A stretch of 64,000 bases of DNA, taken from positions 32,001-96,000 of IMG/VR virus record IMGVR_UViG_3300032030_000024, one strand, 5' to 3'. The DNA comes from a virus (lineage: Duplodnaviria; Caudoviricetes). This document shows positions 8,018-15,211 of the stretch, piece after piece. Position 1 is the stretch's first letter. Each line of letters starts with the position of its first letter. The position numbers were made by a program, and so were the translations under genes. Below the pieces are notes generated by a model. That model saw only the letters and a program-made list of their open reading frames with translations. It made no database searches and was not told where the DNA came from.

Positions 8018-8512
8018 CTACGCATCCGCAAAAACACGTCCGTCACTGAGCGTTACCTGTAATTTTGTGTACTCGGAATGGAAGTCGTTCTTCAGACGCT
8101 CCAGATACCGCCTGCACTCCAACTTGCACATGTATAGGTTATGGAGAAGGAAATTGCCGCACGTCTCTGGAGTCGTAGCGGGGACTTCCTTCTGCGTGAG
8201 TATCCACTCCATACACTCGATAGTAAGCCGCCTCATATCCTCAACGATGTAGCTGCCCGTCATTATGACGTACATTCCCGTGAGGCATCCCATCGGTCCC
8301 ACATACACCACATCGTCCTTGACCTCGCTGTTGCGGAACCACGTTGCCATCAGATGCTCCATGCTGTGCATCGCTGCTGGCGCAACAGCAGGCTCCATGT
8401 TCGGCTCGGTGATGCGCAGGTCAAAGGTGGTGAAGCCTCTGTCCTGCCGCGACACGTAGATGCCAGGCTTCAGATGCGTGTGGTCGATGGTGAAACTCTG
8501 TATAACTTCCAT
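8018..8512 (-). CDS. luxS: S-ribosylhomocysteine lyase (AI-2 synthase)
   Basis: SFTIDHT N-terminus, TFDLR-x-x-x-PN, H-x-x-EH (HSMEH), GPMGC-x-TG, C-terminal CGN. Confidence 0.9.
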   Translation of the reverse strand: MEVIQSFTIDHTHLKPGIYVSRQDRGFTTFDLRITEPNMEPAVAPAAMHSMEHLMATWFRNSEVKDDVVYVGPMGCLTGMYVIMTGSYIVEDMRRLTIECMEWILTQKEVPATTPETCGNFLLHNLYMCKLECRRYLERLKNDFHSEYTKLQVTLSDGRVFADA

Positions 8513-8527
8513 AATTGTATTTTTTAC

Positions 8528-8761
8528 TTAACGGTTACCAAGCATCCTGTCTACTGCCCTGCGGATGCGAGTGTTGTTACGCTGCTGGTTGGCGGGAACG
8601 TATGGCATATTGCCAGAAATATTGCCGTAATGCCTCTGGAGGTTGTAGGCACGGAGCCTTACCGCCTGCTCTGCGGTACTTAGACCGTTGCGGCGTGCCT
8701 CCTCGCGGTTCATGAATGCCCGTGTGCGGCTGCTCATCGCTACTGTTGCTTCTCTTGCCAT
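8528..8761 (-). CDS. Arg-rich array protein with a partial leader (MAREATVA...)
   Basis: First 8 residues match the leader; the ARE and PLNA parts are degenerate. Confidence 0.6.
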   Translation of the reverse strand: MAREATVAMSSRTRAFMNREEARRNGLSTAEQAVRLRAYNLQRHYGNISGNMPYVPANQQRNNTRIRRAVDRMLGNR

Positions 8762-8828
8762 AATCTTCAACTTTTATTGTTCAACGTTTTATATTATGCT
8801 AAATCTTACTAAATTTATTGCGTTTTAC

Positions 8829-8859
8829 TTGCATTGTTCAGATATTACGCTTATCTTTG
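8829..8859 (+). promoter_or_regulatory. Plus-strand Bacteroidetes sigma-A promoter, convergent to the array
   Basis: TTG at 8829-8831, 20-nt spacer, TATCTTTG at 8852-8859. Confidence 0.65.
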
Positions 8860-8862
8860 CAG

Positions 8863-8965
8863 TGTCATTGATGCCGATATGACTTTAATACAATCGGACA
8901 AGGCTGTGTTACGCTTCGGGCGGCTCGGACTACCCTCGCCTCGGACTTCGGTTCGGGGCGTTGAT
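8863..8965 (+). ncRNA. Putative ~100-nt small RNA: 5' H-type pseudoknot and 3' cUUCGg hairpin
   Basis: GTCAT 8864-68 pairs with ATGAC 8879-83; CCGAT 8874-78 pairs with ATCGG 8893-97; hairpin 8937-8960 has G.U pairs that work only on the plus strand. Confidence 0.5.
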
Positions 8966-8968
8966 ATT

Positions 8969-9460
8969 TTAGAAAGTCTTCAACTTTAATTCGTCCGTCA
9001 AGAAGTAGTAGCCGTGAATACCTCTTTTTGTAAGCTTTTCCACCTCTGTTTTCATTCTCTCATTCCATTTATCAAACTGAAACACTACTAAGTCTGCGCC
9101 TTGCCTGCCTATGGCATCATCCGCATGACGTTTTATGTTGTTATGGCTACCAAGCCTTTTTAAGTCTGCAAGGACACCATTTATCCTTATATCCGGCGAT
9201 GGTATGCCGGGAATCTCATTCAGATGCTCAACGGTAAAACCTTGTGAAGCGAGGAATTTAGCCATCTGCTGCTCCTTCCTGTACTTATAGTATTCGGTCT
9301 TATTTGTCTGCCCGAAATTATACCTACGTTCATCAGTAAGGAGTTGACCGCCATTTTCGTAATAGACAACAGGTGTATATACGTTTGAGCGATTGGCTAC
9401 ACCCATGACGTTCTGTGGCACCCAATCTTCTTCCTTGTATATATACGTTTCTCTTGCCAT
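8969..9460 (-). CDS. Array protein with a diverged leader and a CdiA-C-like (PD-(D/E)xK-type, putative tRNase) toxin domain
   Basis: Leader MARETYIYKEEDWVPQNVM keeps E4, E10, P15 and N17; body has E..MA..LA..G..VEHL.E, PDIRING..ADLK and QGADLVVF. Confidence 0.65.
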   Translation of the reverse strand: MARETYIYKEEDWVPQNVMGVANRSNVYTPVVYYENGGQLLTDERRYNFGQTNKTEYYKYRKEQQMAKFLASQGFTVEHLNEIPGIPSPDIRINGVLADLKRLGSHNNIKRHADDAIGRQGADLVVFQFDKWNERMKTEVEKLTKRGIHGYYFLTDELKLKTF

Positions 9461-9463
9461 ACG

Positions 9464-10672
9464 TTACTCTTTCTTCTCCTGCTTCTCCTTCTGAGCGTAG
9501 TCGTGGCATACTCTCCGAAGAGATTGTTGGATACAATCGTGACTGCCGCTTTGGATAACCTCTGAGGTCTTACCATCACTCTCCAATTCGTAGATGCCCC
9601 TACGAAGTATGTTGTTAGCCGCCAGCAGGTCGCGGTCGTGAATCGTTCCGCATTCATGGCATACCCATTGCCTGTCCGACAACTTCAACTCTTTGTTTAT
9701 ATATCCGCACTCGCAGGTCTTGGAAGATGGGTAGAAGCGGTCTATCTTGTGAACCACAACACCGTACTTCGTGGCAATGTACTCCAACTTCTGAACGAAA
9801 TCCGCATGGGCGAGGTCGTGCATCTTCCTTCCCCAACGTCTGTTCATCCCTTCAAGGTTCAAGTCCTCGATGAAGATGGTGTCGTACTTTCGGCATAGTT
9901 CGTGGGCGAGTTTCCATTGGAAATCGCTGCGCCTATTGCAGATGTCGTTCATAAGATGGTCTAAATCCTTACGCTTGCGCTCACGGTTGCTGCTGCCCTT
10001 CTTACACTTGCTGAGATTGCGGCTTCTCCTGCGTAACTCGACAAGGCTTCCTTTCAAGAACTGAGGATTGTCGTAGGCCGTGCCGTCCGACAAGGTTAGG
10101 TACTTCTTCAAACCGAAGTCAATGCCAACGGATGCACCTTTGAGTGTCTTTCCGTACTTGCTCGGCTCTGCATCTGTGACAATAAATATATAATATTCTC
10201 CGATACGGCTTCTGTATAAAACTACTCTCTTAATTCTTCCTTCATATTGTCTACTTTTGTAATATTTGAATGACTTTCCTAATTGTACAAACGATATACT
10301 ATTTTCTTTTAAATCACACACATTTACACTCCATTTTCCATGATTACAAACGCCTTTAAAAACAATACTTGAGAAGTCCTTTGCTTTCTTAAATTTTGGA
10401 GGACGACTTGCAATATGGTTAAAAAATCTTTTGCAAGATTCATCAAGACGCTCAAGGATTTCTTGTACAGCCATAGCACTAAGCAGTTTCCTTTTTATTC
10501 TTTTTGCTTGATGCTTCTGCATATCATAGAGCGATATATATTTTCCAAATAACCTATAATATCTTTTATATAATGCCAAAGCATGATTCCATACAAAGCA
10601 AGCCTCGTTCATCATCGCATCAAGATACTTGGTGCGATGTGTCCGATAGAGTTTATACTTGTACGTCATCAT
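9464..10672 (-). CDS. tnpB: RNA-guided endonuclease TnpB (IS200/IS605 family)
   Basis: N-terminal YKYKLY, RuvC-I GIDFG, RuvC-II FIEDL, SSKTC..C / C..C zinc finger, RuvC-III DRD..AA.NI. Confidence 0.92.
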   Translation of the reverse strand: MMTYKYKLYRTHRTKYLDAMMNEACFVWNHALALYKRYYRLFGKYISLYDMQKHQAKRIKRKLLSAMAVQEILERLDESCKRFFNHIASRPPKFKKAKDFSSIVFKGVCNHGKWSVNVCDLKENSISFVQLGKSFKYYKSRQYEGRIKRVVLYRSRIGEYYIFIVTDAEPSKYGKTLKGASVGIDFGLKKYLTLSDGTAYDNPQFLKGSLVELRRRSRNLSKCKKGSSNRERKRKDLDHLMNDICNRRSDFQWKLAHELCRKYDTIFIEDLNLEGMNRRWGRKMHDLAHADFVQKLEYIATKYGVVVHKIDRFYPSSKTCECGYINKELKLSDRQWVCHECGTIHDRDLLAANNILRRGIYELESDGKTSEVIQSGSHDCIQQSLRRVCHDYAQKEKQEKKE

Positions 10673-10761
10673 ACTGCAAAGATAATATTTATGTGTTTAG
10701 TAAACAAATACTTTAGACATCTTTAGCTTCTTTTTCTGATTCGTTTTTTTTCTTCCAATCG
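9504..10761 (-). mobile_element. TnpB-only IS200/605-like element inserted in the 3' end of the PAPS-reductase-family gene
   Basis: Right end TCTC-TTCG-GAGA-GTATGCCA ending at 9504; no tnpA; the left boundary is approximate. Confidence 0.6.
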
Positions 10762-11429
10762 TATTCAAACAACAACCTCTCACAATCCGGGTACTCCGAG
10801 TATATGCGCTGCAAGTCCTTCGGGAACTTCTCACGGATGTACAGCAGGTAGTCGAGGTCGCTGATGTTCTGCCCGTTGCTCTGGCCTTTTGCGCCGTATT
10901 TCTCTGGCGGTATCAGGCCGTTCCTGTCAATGTACTCCAAGATGTCCTTGTTCTTGTAGTGCGAGAGAGGATAGCACTTCTTCGATTTCTCGCAGATGGC
11001 CTCCATCGTGTACGTCCGCAGCATACAGCGGCGGTTTAGACTGTCGCTCTGCTTGAAGCCGTAGAAAGCCCACTCGATTCCGAACTTCTGCCGCAGCATG
11101 TCTGTGAGGCTCGCCATCGTCTGTAGCTTCATCTTCGGATTCTTCTCATGCCCCATGTAGCCGTACTTCACGTATGAGAAAACGGCGAAGTGGGGAATCT
11201 GGTAGAACTCGCAGTTCGCGTACTTCTTGCGGGCGTAGTTGATGTAGCGGCTGATGTGCTCCATGTCCTTCACGATGTACATGAACACACAGACCACCCG
11301 CTTGAACCTCGGTGCGAGTATGTCGAGCAGTGCTATGGAGTCCTTGCCCGACGCGGAATGGAAGAGTATCACCTCCTCCACGCCGCGCTTGGCTATCTCA
11401 TCACAGATTAGAAGTGCCTTGTCTAACAT
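10713..11429 (-). CDS. PAPS-reductase-family (PP-loop) protein
   Basis: ILFHS-ASGKDS PP-loop, FYGFKQSDSLNRR, YPLS-x-Y-x-x-x-D. Confidence 0.8.
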   Translation of the reverse strand: MLDKALLICDEIAKRGVEEVILFHSASGKDSIALLDILAPRFKRVVCVFMYIVKDMEHISRYINYARKKYANCEFYQIPHFAVFSYVKYGYMGHEKNPKMKLQTMASLTDMLRQKFGIEWAFYGFKQSDSLNRRCMLRTYTMEAICEKSKKCYPLSHYKNKDILEYIDRNGLIPPEKYGAKGQSNGQNISDLDYLLYIREKFPKDLQRIYSEYPDCERLLFEYDWKKKNESEKEAKDV

Positions 11430-11434
11430 GAGTT

Positions 11435-11540
11435 TTAACTTCTATAACTTTGAATGTCCTTCATAGTGAAACCATTCCGTTTCAGCCTCTTGATGGCCTT
11501 TGAGCCTTCGCCTCTTGAAGATTGTTGCTTCGCTTGCCAT
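11435..11540 (-). pseudogene. Collapsed array cassette (MASEATI... followed by an out-of-frame basic tail)
   Basis: The leader start gives only a 32-aa ORF; another frame reads GEGSKAIKRLKRNGFTMKDIQSYRS*. Confidence 0.45.
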
Positions 11541-11561
11541 AATTTTATCCTTTCTTTGTTT

Positions 11562-12053
11562 TTATAAACTTCTTGTTTGTTTTCTTGGTTTTCTTAACAT
11601 TTGCGAGGAGAAATCCTTTATATCTTGTGTATAACCACGACCTTCGCCTGTTCTTATTCTAATGGTCTTGTCTGCCATATCACCGTTAACGCTAAACCTA
11701 TATCCTTCTACCACGCCTTTCCTGTAGCCTTTCTGGTTTTTGCTTACCTTAAAATCAACCTCGTCACCGACTTTGAACTTCTTAGCAGCAACTTTAAATG
11801 CTAAAGCCTCTTTTATCTCCTTTTTGATTTCCTTACGGTGGTAATCGGCATTACTTTTTATCTTTTCCGTTCCGCCCTTGAGTATGGCCTTGCCTGCAAA
11901 ATCCTCGTCTGGAGCCTTTAATGCAGCTTTGCTGTCATTAATAAACTTAGATACATCTTGCAGTACCTTATTATTGTTGCTTCTATTGGCATTGCCAACC
12001 GCATTTATAGGATTTATATTTCCCTCACGTGCTGAAAATACCTCACTTGCCAT
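11562..12053 (-). CDS. Leader-tagged array protein (MASEVFSAREGNINPINAV), Lys-rich, with an SH3/KOW-like C-terminus
   Basis: The leader defines the true start at 12053; FKVGDEV...KGVV motif; more AT-rich than its neighbours. Confidence 0.75.
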   Translation of the reverse strand: MASEVFSAREGNINPINAVGNANRSNNNKVLQDVSKFINDSKAALKAPDEDFAGKAILKGGTEKIKSNADYHRKEIKKEIKEALAFKVAAKKFKVGDEVDFKVSKNQKGYRKGVVEGYRFSVNGDMADKTIRIRTGEGRGYTQDIKDFSSQMLRKPRKQTRSL

Positions 12054-12078
12054 AATTCTAAAACTTTTAAATTGTATT

Positions 12079-12486
12079 TTACTTTCTCTTGGCCGCTGCC
12101 GCAAGCCTCTTGAGCCTGCGCACACCCTGATTCAGCTCACGGTTGTAGGCCGCACGTTCAGCCTTTGCCTGTGCAAGGAGGGCGCGGTCTGTCGTGAACG
12201 AAGAGTTGGCATAATTGCCAAGCGGGTACTTCTCACGGAGTTCACTCCGCAAGTTCTGTACCTGCGTCTCATACTCATCATCAATCCTCCTGTCACGCTC
12301 GTCACGCCGCAGGCTTTCATAGATGCGCATGTTCACACCCTGCTCCTCCAGCTCCCGTCTGTAAGAGTCACTGACTGGACGTGTGGTGATACTGCGGAAC
12401 GGGTTAGCCCTCCGCTGTGTGCCACTGCTGACGGCATTTAGCGGGTTTGCACTACTCTCCCGCGCCACGTATGATTCTTGTGCCAT
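12079..12486 (-). CDS. Leader-tagged array protein (MAQESYVARESSANPLNAV)
   Basis: Full leader match; Arg-rich helical body. Confidence 0.75.
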   Translation of the reverse strand: MAQESYVARESSANPLNAVSSGTQRRANPFRSITTRPVSDSYRRELEEQGVNMRIYESLRRDERDRRIDDEYETQVQNLRSELREKYPLGNYANSSFTTDRALLAQAKAERAAYNRELNQGVRRLKRLAAAAKRK

Positions 12487-12513
12487 AATTATTAAATATA
12501 TGAGTTACTTATA

Positions 12514-12547
12514 AAAAATTGCAAAGAGAGGGGCACCCGTGCCCCTC
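12514..12547 (-). terminator. Putative intrinsic terminator
   Basis: GAGGGGCA / TGCCCCTC stem followed by TCTTTGCAATTTTTT on the minus strand. Confidence 0.55.
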
Positions 12548-12559
12548 CCGTATTGCTGC

Positions 12560-12784
12560 TTAACGCCCGAAGGCTTGGCGGGTACGCCGCGCTTGACGTG
12601 CACCAGAGGTGGAGATGACGTTCTGCACTCGGCTTGCTCGGTTGTTGGCGTTGTTGCTGTTACGGCCACGGCCATAACCACCTGCTGTGCCTTGAAACGA
12701 ACCGTCTGCACCGAAACGAGCATAGCCTGCGTAGGTACGTGCTCCAGTGCTCTGATTCACCTGATAGACTTCTCTTGTTGGCAT
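12560..12784 (-). CDS. Small Gly/Arg/Asn-rich protein
   Basis: 74-aa low-complexity basic ORF between the tRNA region and a hairpin. Confidence 0.6.
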   Translation of the reverse strand: MPTREVYQVNQSTGARTYAGYARFGADGSFQGTAGGYGRGRNSNNANNRASRVQNVISTSGARQARRTRQAFGR

Positions 12785-12836
12785 AATCCTTAGAAAATTA
12801 CCGATTCAAAAACTCATATATTCTCTTTGTCGTTTG

Positions 12837-12900
12837 TGCGGAAGGCGAAGGATTCTAACCTCCCGTATAATAAACCTACTTCGTTTCGCAACGGTTCGGT
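12837..12900 (-). pseudogene. Possible degenerate tRNA remnant (Ser-like 3' half)
   Basis: GGAGGTTAGAATCCTTCGCCTTCCGCA resembles a T-arm plus acceptor 3' strand; no matching 5' half found. Confidence 0.3.
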
Positions 12901-12933
12901 GTCGTGATATTATGAAAATAATAAAGACTGTTG

Positions 12934-13006
12934 TGGAGCTTGACGGAATCGAACCGACGACCTTCTGCTTGCAAAACAGACGCTCTCCCAACTGAGCTAA
13001 AACCCC
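12934..13006 (-). tRNA. tRNA-Ala(UGC), CCA not encoded
   Basis: GGGGTTT/AAGCTCC acceptor stem with G3:U70, D-arm TAGCTCAGTTGGGAGAGC, anticodon loop TT-TGC-AA, T-loop GTTCGATT. Confidence 0.92.
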
Positions 13007-13009
13007 GTT

Positions 13010-13256
13010 ACGGCATCCCATCCTTGCCTCTGTACGACTGCCCGATGTGGATGGTAAGGCCGCTTTCGCGTGTCGCTTCCTTTATGCCGTTTGTATTTCA
13101 AAGAACTCTGTTTAAGGGGTACGGGGAGGGTTTGCTTTTACGCCTGCCTTATCTCCCGTTTGCGGTGGCCGGCGAACACCACCTTTCAACCCTTCGCAGT
13201 CCCTATCGTTTAAAGGGTGGGGCTATCGCATCAGCCGTAGCAGCGACTCGCCCCAT
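13010..13256 (-). ncRNA. Putative structured RNA/leader upstream of tRNA-Ala, with a boxA-like motif
   Basis: Helices TGGGGC/GCCCCA, GGTGG/CCACC, ACGGGAG/CTCCCCGT, ACGGCAT/ATGCCGT, CGC-GAAA-GCG, CCATCC/GGATGG; GAGTTCTTTGAAAT at about 13095-13108. Confidence 0.4.
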
Positions 13257-13263
13257 TGCCCTT

Positions 13264-13806
13264 TTATTTCTCTGTTTTGATGTCCGTGCCAATCACGTCA
13301 CCTATGACGAAGTAGTAGTACAACGGGCGGTTCGGGTCTTTCTTAGCCTCGAAGCTCGCAAGCATCTCGTCGAACTCATGGCAGTCGAAACGCTCCTGAA
13401 GCTGCTCAACGTTCTGTCTCGTAATACCTATGAGCGCGTTCTCGGTGCAGGTCACGTCCAGGAACCAGCTGTTGTTGTAGTTGTGGAAATGGATCTTCTC
13501 CACGGGGCGGGTGGCGCACATGAACTCCTCGAAAGCCTCCATCGCCTCCTCGTCCTTCTCGTGCTTCTGTCGGAAGTCGCTCATCCACTTGTCAACCTTC
13601 TTGTCCGTCAGGCGGTCGAAGTAGTGGTCTGAGAAGGCGCGAATCTCCACCTTCTTCTCACCCTTGACGATGGCTTCGGCAAAGGGCTTGCGCATAATCA
13701 GGTTCAGGCACTTCACTGGTTCTGGCTGGGGAGCCTGATACTTCTCAAAGAACTCGTCCATCGCAGCGAAATACTGCTCGTCGGTCATTTCTGTGTACTT
13801 ACTCAT
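13264..13806 (-). CDS. ASCH-domain protein
   Basis: L[22 protein letters not shown] = ASCH G-x-K-x-x-E-x-R motif. Confidence 0.7.
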   Translation of the reverse strand: MSKYTEMTDEQYFAAMDEFFEKYQAPQPEPVKCLNLIMRKPFAEAIVKGEKKVEIRAFSDHYFDRLTDKKVDKWMSDFRQKHEKDEEAMEAFEEFMCATRPVEKIHFHNYNNSWFLDVTCTENALIGITRQNVEQLQERFDCHEFDEMLASFEAKKDPNRPLYYYFVIGDVIGTDIKTEK

Positions 13807-13903
13807 ATCTTTAACTTTTTTATTTTACCCGATACGCGGGTTACGTTTGCAAAAATAAAACTTTTCTATTTAATCACCAAACATTTAACGAATATTTTGC
13901 ATA

Positions 13904-14140
13904 TCATTCATAATTTTCGGCATACCAGTCCATTGCCATCTGCTCAAAATGGGCTACGCTGGCTTCTTTCGGCTCGTCACCGCACTTGGCTGCTACCTCG
14001 GCTCTGGAGCAGTGGAACACCCGCACCTTGCCGTCCTTGGTCATAAACCGCATTTCGTACCGTTCATCATTCTTGCAAGACCTCTCCATACTGCAAAGGT
14101 TGTGGTCTGTCATAAATACCAGCCATGTCCTATCGTTCAT
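13904..14140 (-). CDS. Hypothetical protein
   Basis: Co-directional ORF. Confidence 0.5.
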   Translation of the reverse strand: MNDRTWLVFMTDHNLCSMERSCKNDERYEMRFMTKDGKVRVFHCSRAEVAAKCGDEPKEASVAHFEQMAMDWYAENYE

Positions 14141-14252
14141 ATTGTCGCGTTTTTAAGGCCGTGTGGCCGTTTGTTTTCTCTTTGTGGTATAGTTGCCAGC
14201 CTTGGCCGTGAAAAGCGAACCATGACCGCTTTCTGTGCGTCAGCGGGCGTTT

Positions 14253-14450
14253 TTATTTGAAAGGGCAGTTCTTGCACCTGTCCGTCCGCTCTTCTTTGCA
14301 GACAAATGCGTTGTCAATATCTACCTCGATAATCTCCTCACCCCGCACTTGATAGTTGAACGTGCGCTCTAAGTCGCGCCTGTCGGTGGTCAGCGGACAA
14401 ATCATCATGCCGCTGCGGGTTCTCAGACAAAAGCATTTCGTCGTACTCAT
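14253..14450 (-). CDS. Small Cys-rich hypothetical protein
   Basis: Packed behind 14463..15071. Confidence 0.5.
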   Translation of the reverse strand: MSTTKCFCLRTRSGMMICPLTTDRRDLERTFNYQVRGEEIIEVDIDNAFVCKEERTDRCKNCPFK

Positions 14451-14462
14451 ATCGTCTCGTTT

Positions 14463-15071
14463 TTAGTTCATTAATACCGTTATGTCGTATGCGCTCATGG
14501 GGTCTGCCACCGTGCCGCAGAAGCTGGCGATAATCTGTAGGTCTATCAACCTGTCGCAGCCCGTGAGGTCGTACCGCCACACCTTGCGGCACTCTGCGCT
14601 GCCCATCTGCCCTTGGTAGTCGCACTTGGTAAGCAGCATCCTCACGTCGCCCTCGGCGGCTATGGCATCCATCACGTCCTCGACTGCCGACCAGTCGTTA
14701 TCGTAATACTTGTGGCTCGTCAGCGGCTGTATGGCCTTGTAAGCCCTGCGAATGAAAGTCCTCTTGTTCAGCATAGTCGTTTTATTAGCCGTGATACTGC
14801 GTCCACCACTGATATTGAAAGTCCTTTTACTTCTCATGACGGCATTCTTATCGCGCATGGTGTGAAGCCTTGCTCTCACCCCTGCCTGCTGTGCGCTGTA
14901 CCATGCGAGGCTCATCGGCGTACCGCCAAGCTCTCCACATGATGCAAACCAATGACAATCACCGAAGGCGTTCTCGTCGAAGAAGAAGCCCTGCTCTCTC
15001 AGGTTCTCAACTGATGTATTGTAGCGGGTTGCCTCTGCTGTCATCATCTCGTTGCGCTGTGTCATTGTCAT
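14463..15071 (-). CDS. Hypothetical protein (likely start MTMTQRNE at 15071)
   Basis: ATG follows the conserved GACGAGT leader of the promoter module. Confidence 0.6.
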   Translation of the reverse strand: MTMTQRNEMMTAEATRYNTSVENLREQGFFFDENAFGDCHWFASCGELGGTPMSLAWYSAQQAGVRARLHTMRDKNAVMRSKRTFNISGGRSITANKTTMLNKRTFIRRAYKAIQPLTSHKYYDNDWSAVEDVMDAIAAEGDVRMLLTKCDYQGQMGSAECRKVWRYDLTGCDRLIDLQIIASFCGTVADPMSAYDITVLMN

Positions 15072-15211
15072 ACTCGTCTTGCGCCGTGTTATGGCCTTGC
15101 GCTCTTGGCCTCTAAGGGTTTTCGTTGATGCAAAGGTACGAACGACGTGCCATATACGCAAGTTTTTAATCACTCTTTAGCTTAACTCGCCGACCTTTAG
15201 CTTTAGTTAGC
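15072..15211 (-). promoter_or_regulatory. Repeated promoter module, copy 2
   Basis: TACCTTTG at 15131-15138 (minus strand); TTTAGCTTTAGTTAGC at 15196-15211. Confidence 0.7.

Noticed and set aside
4871-12486. Leader repeats as a CRISPR array, attC-like sites or shufflon DNA repeats
   Set aside because: The similarity lies inside coding starts, synonymous positions are divergent, spacing is irregular, and no cas genes or dedicated recombinase are adjacent.
12560-12784. MPTREVYQV... as a member of the leader family
   Set aside because: Only an early RE-V resembles the leader; ARE and PLNA are absent.
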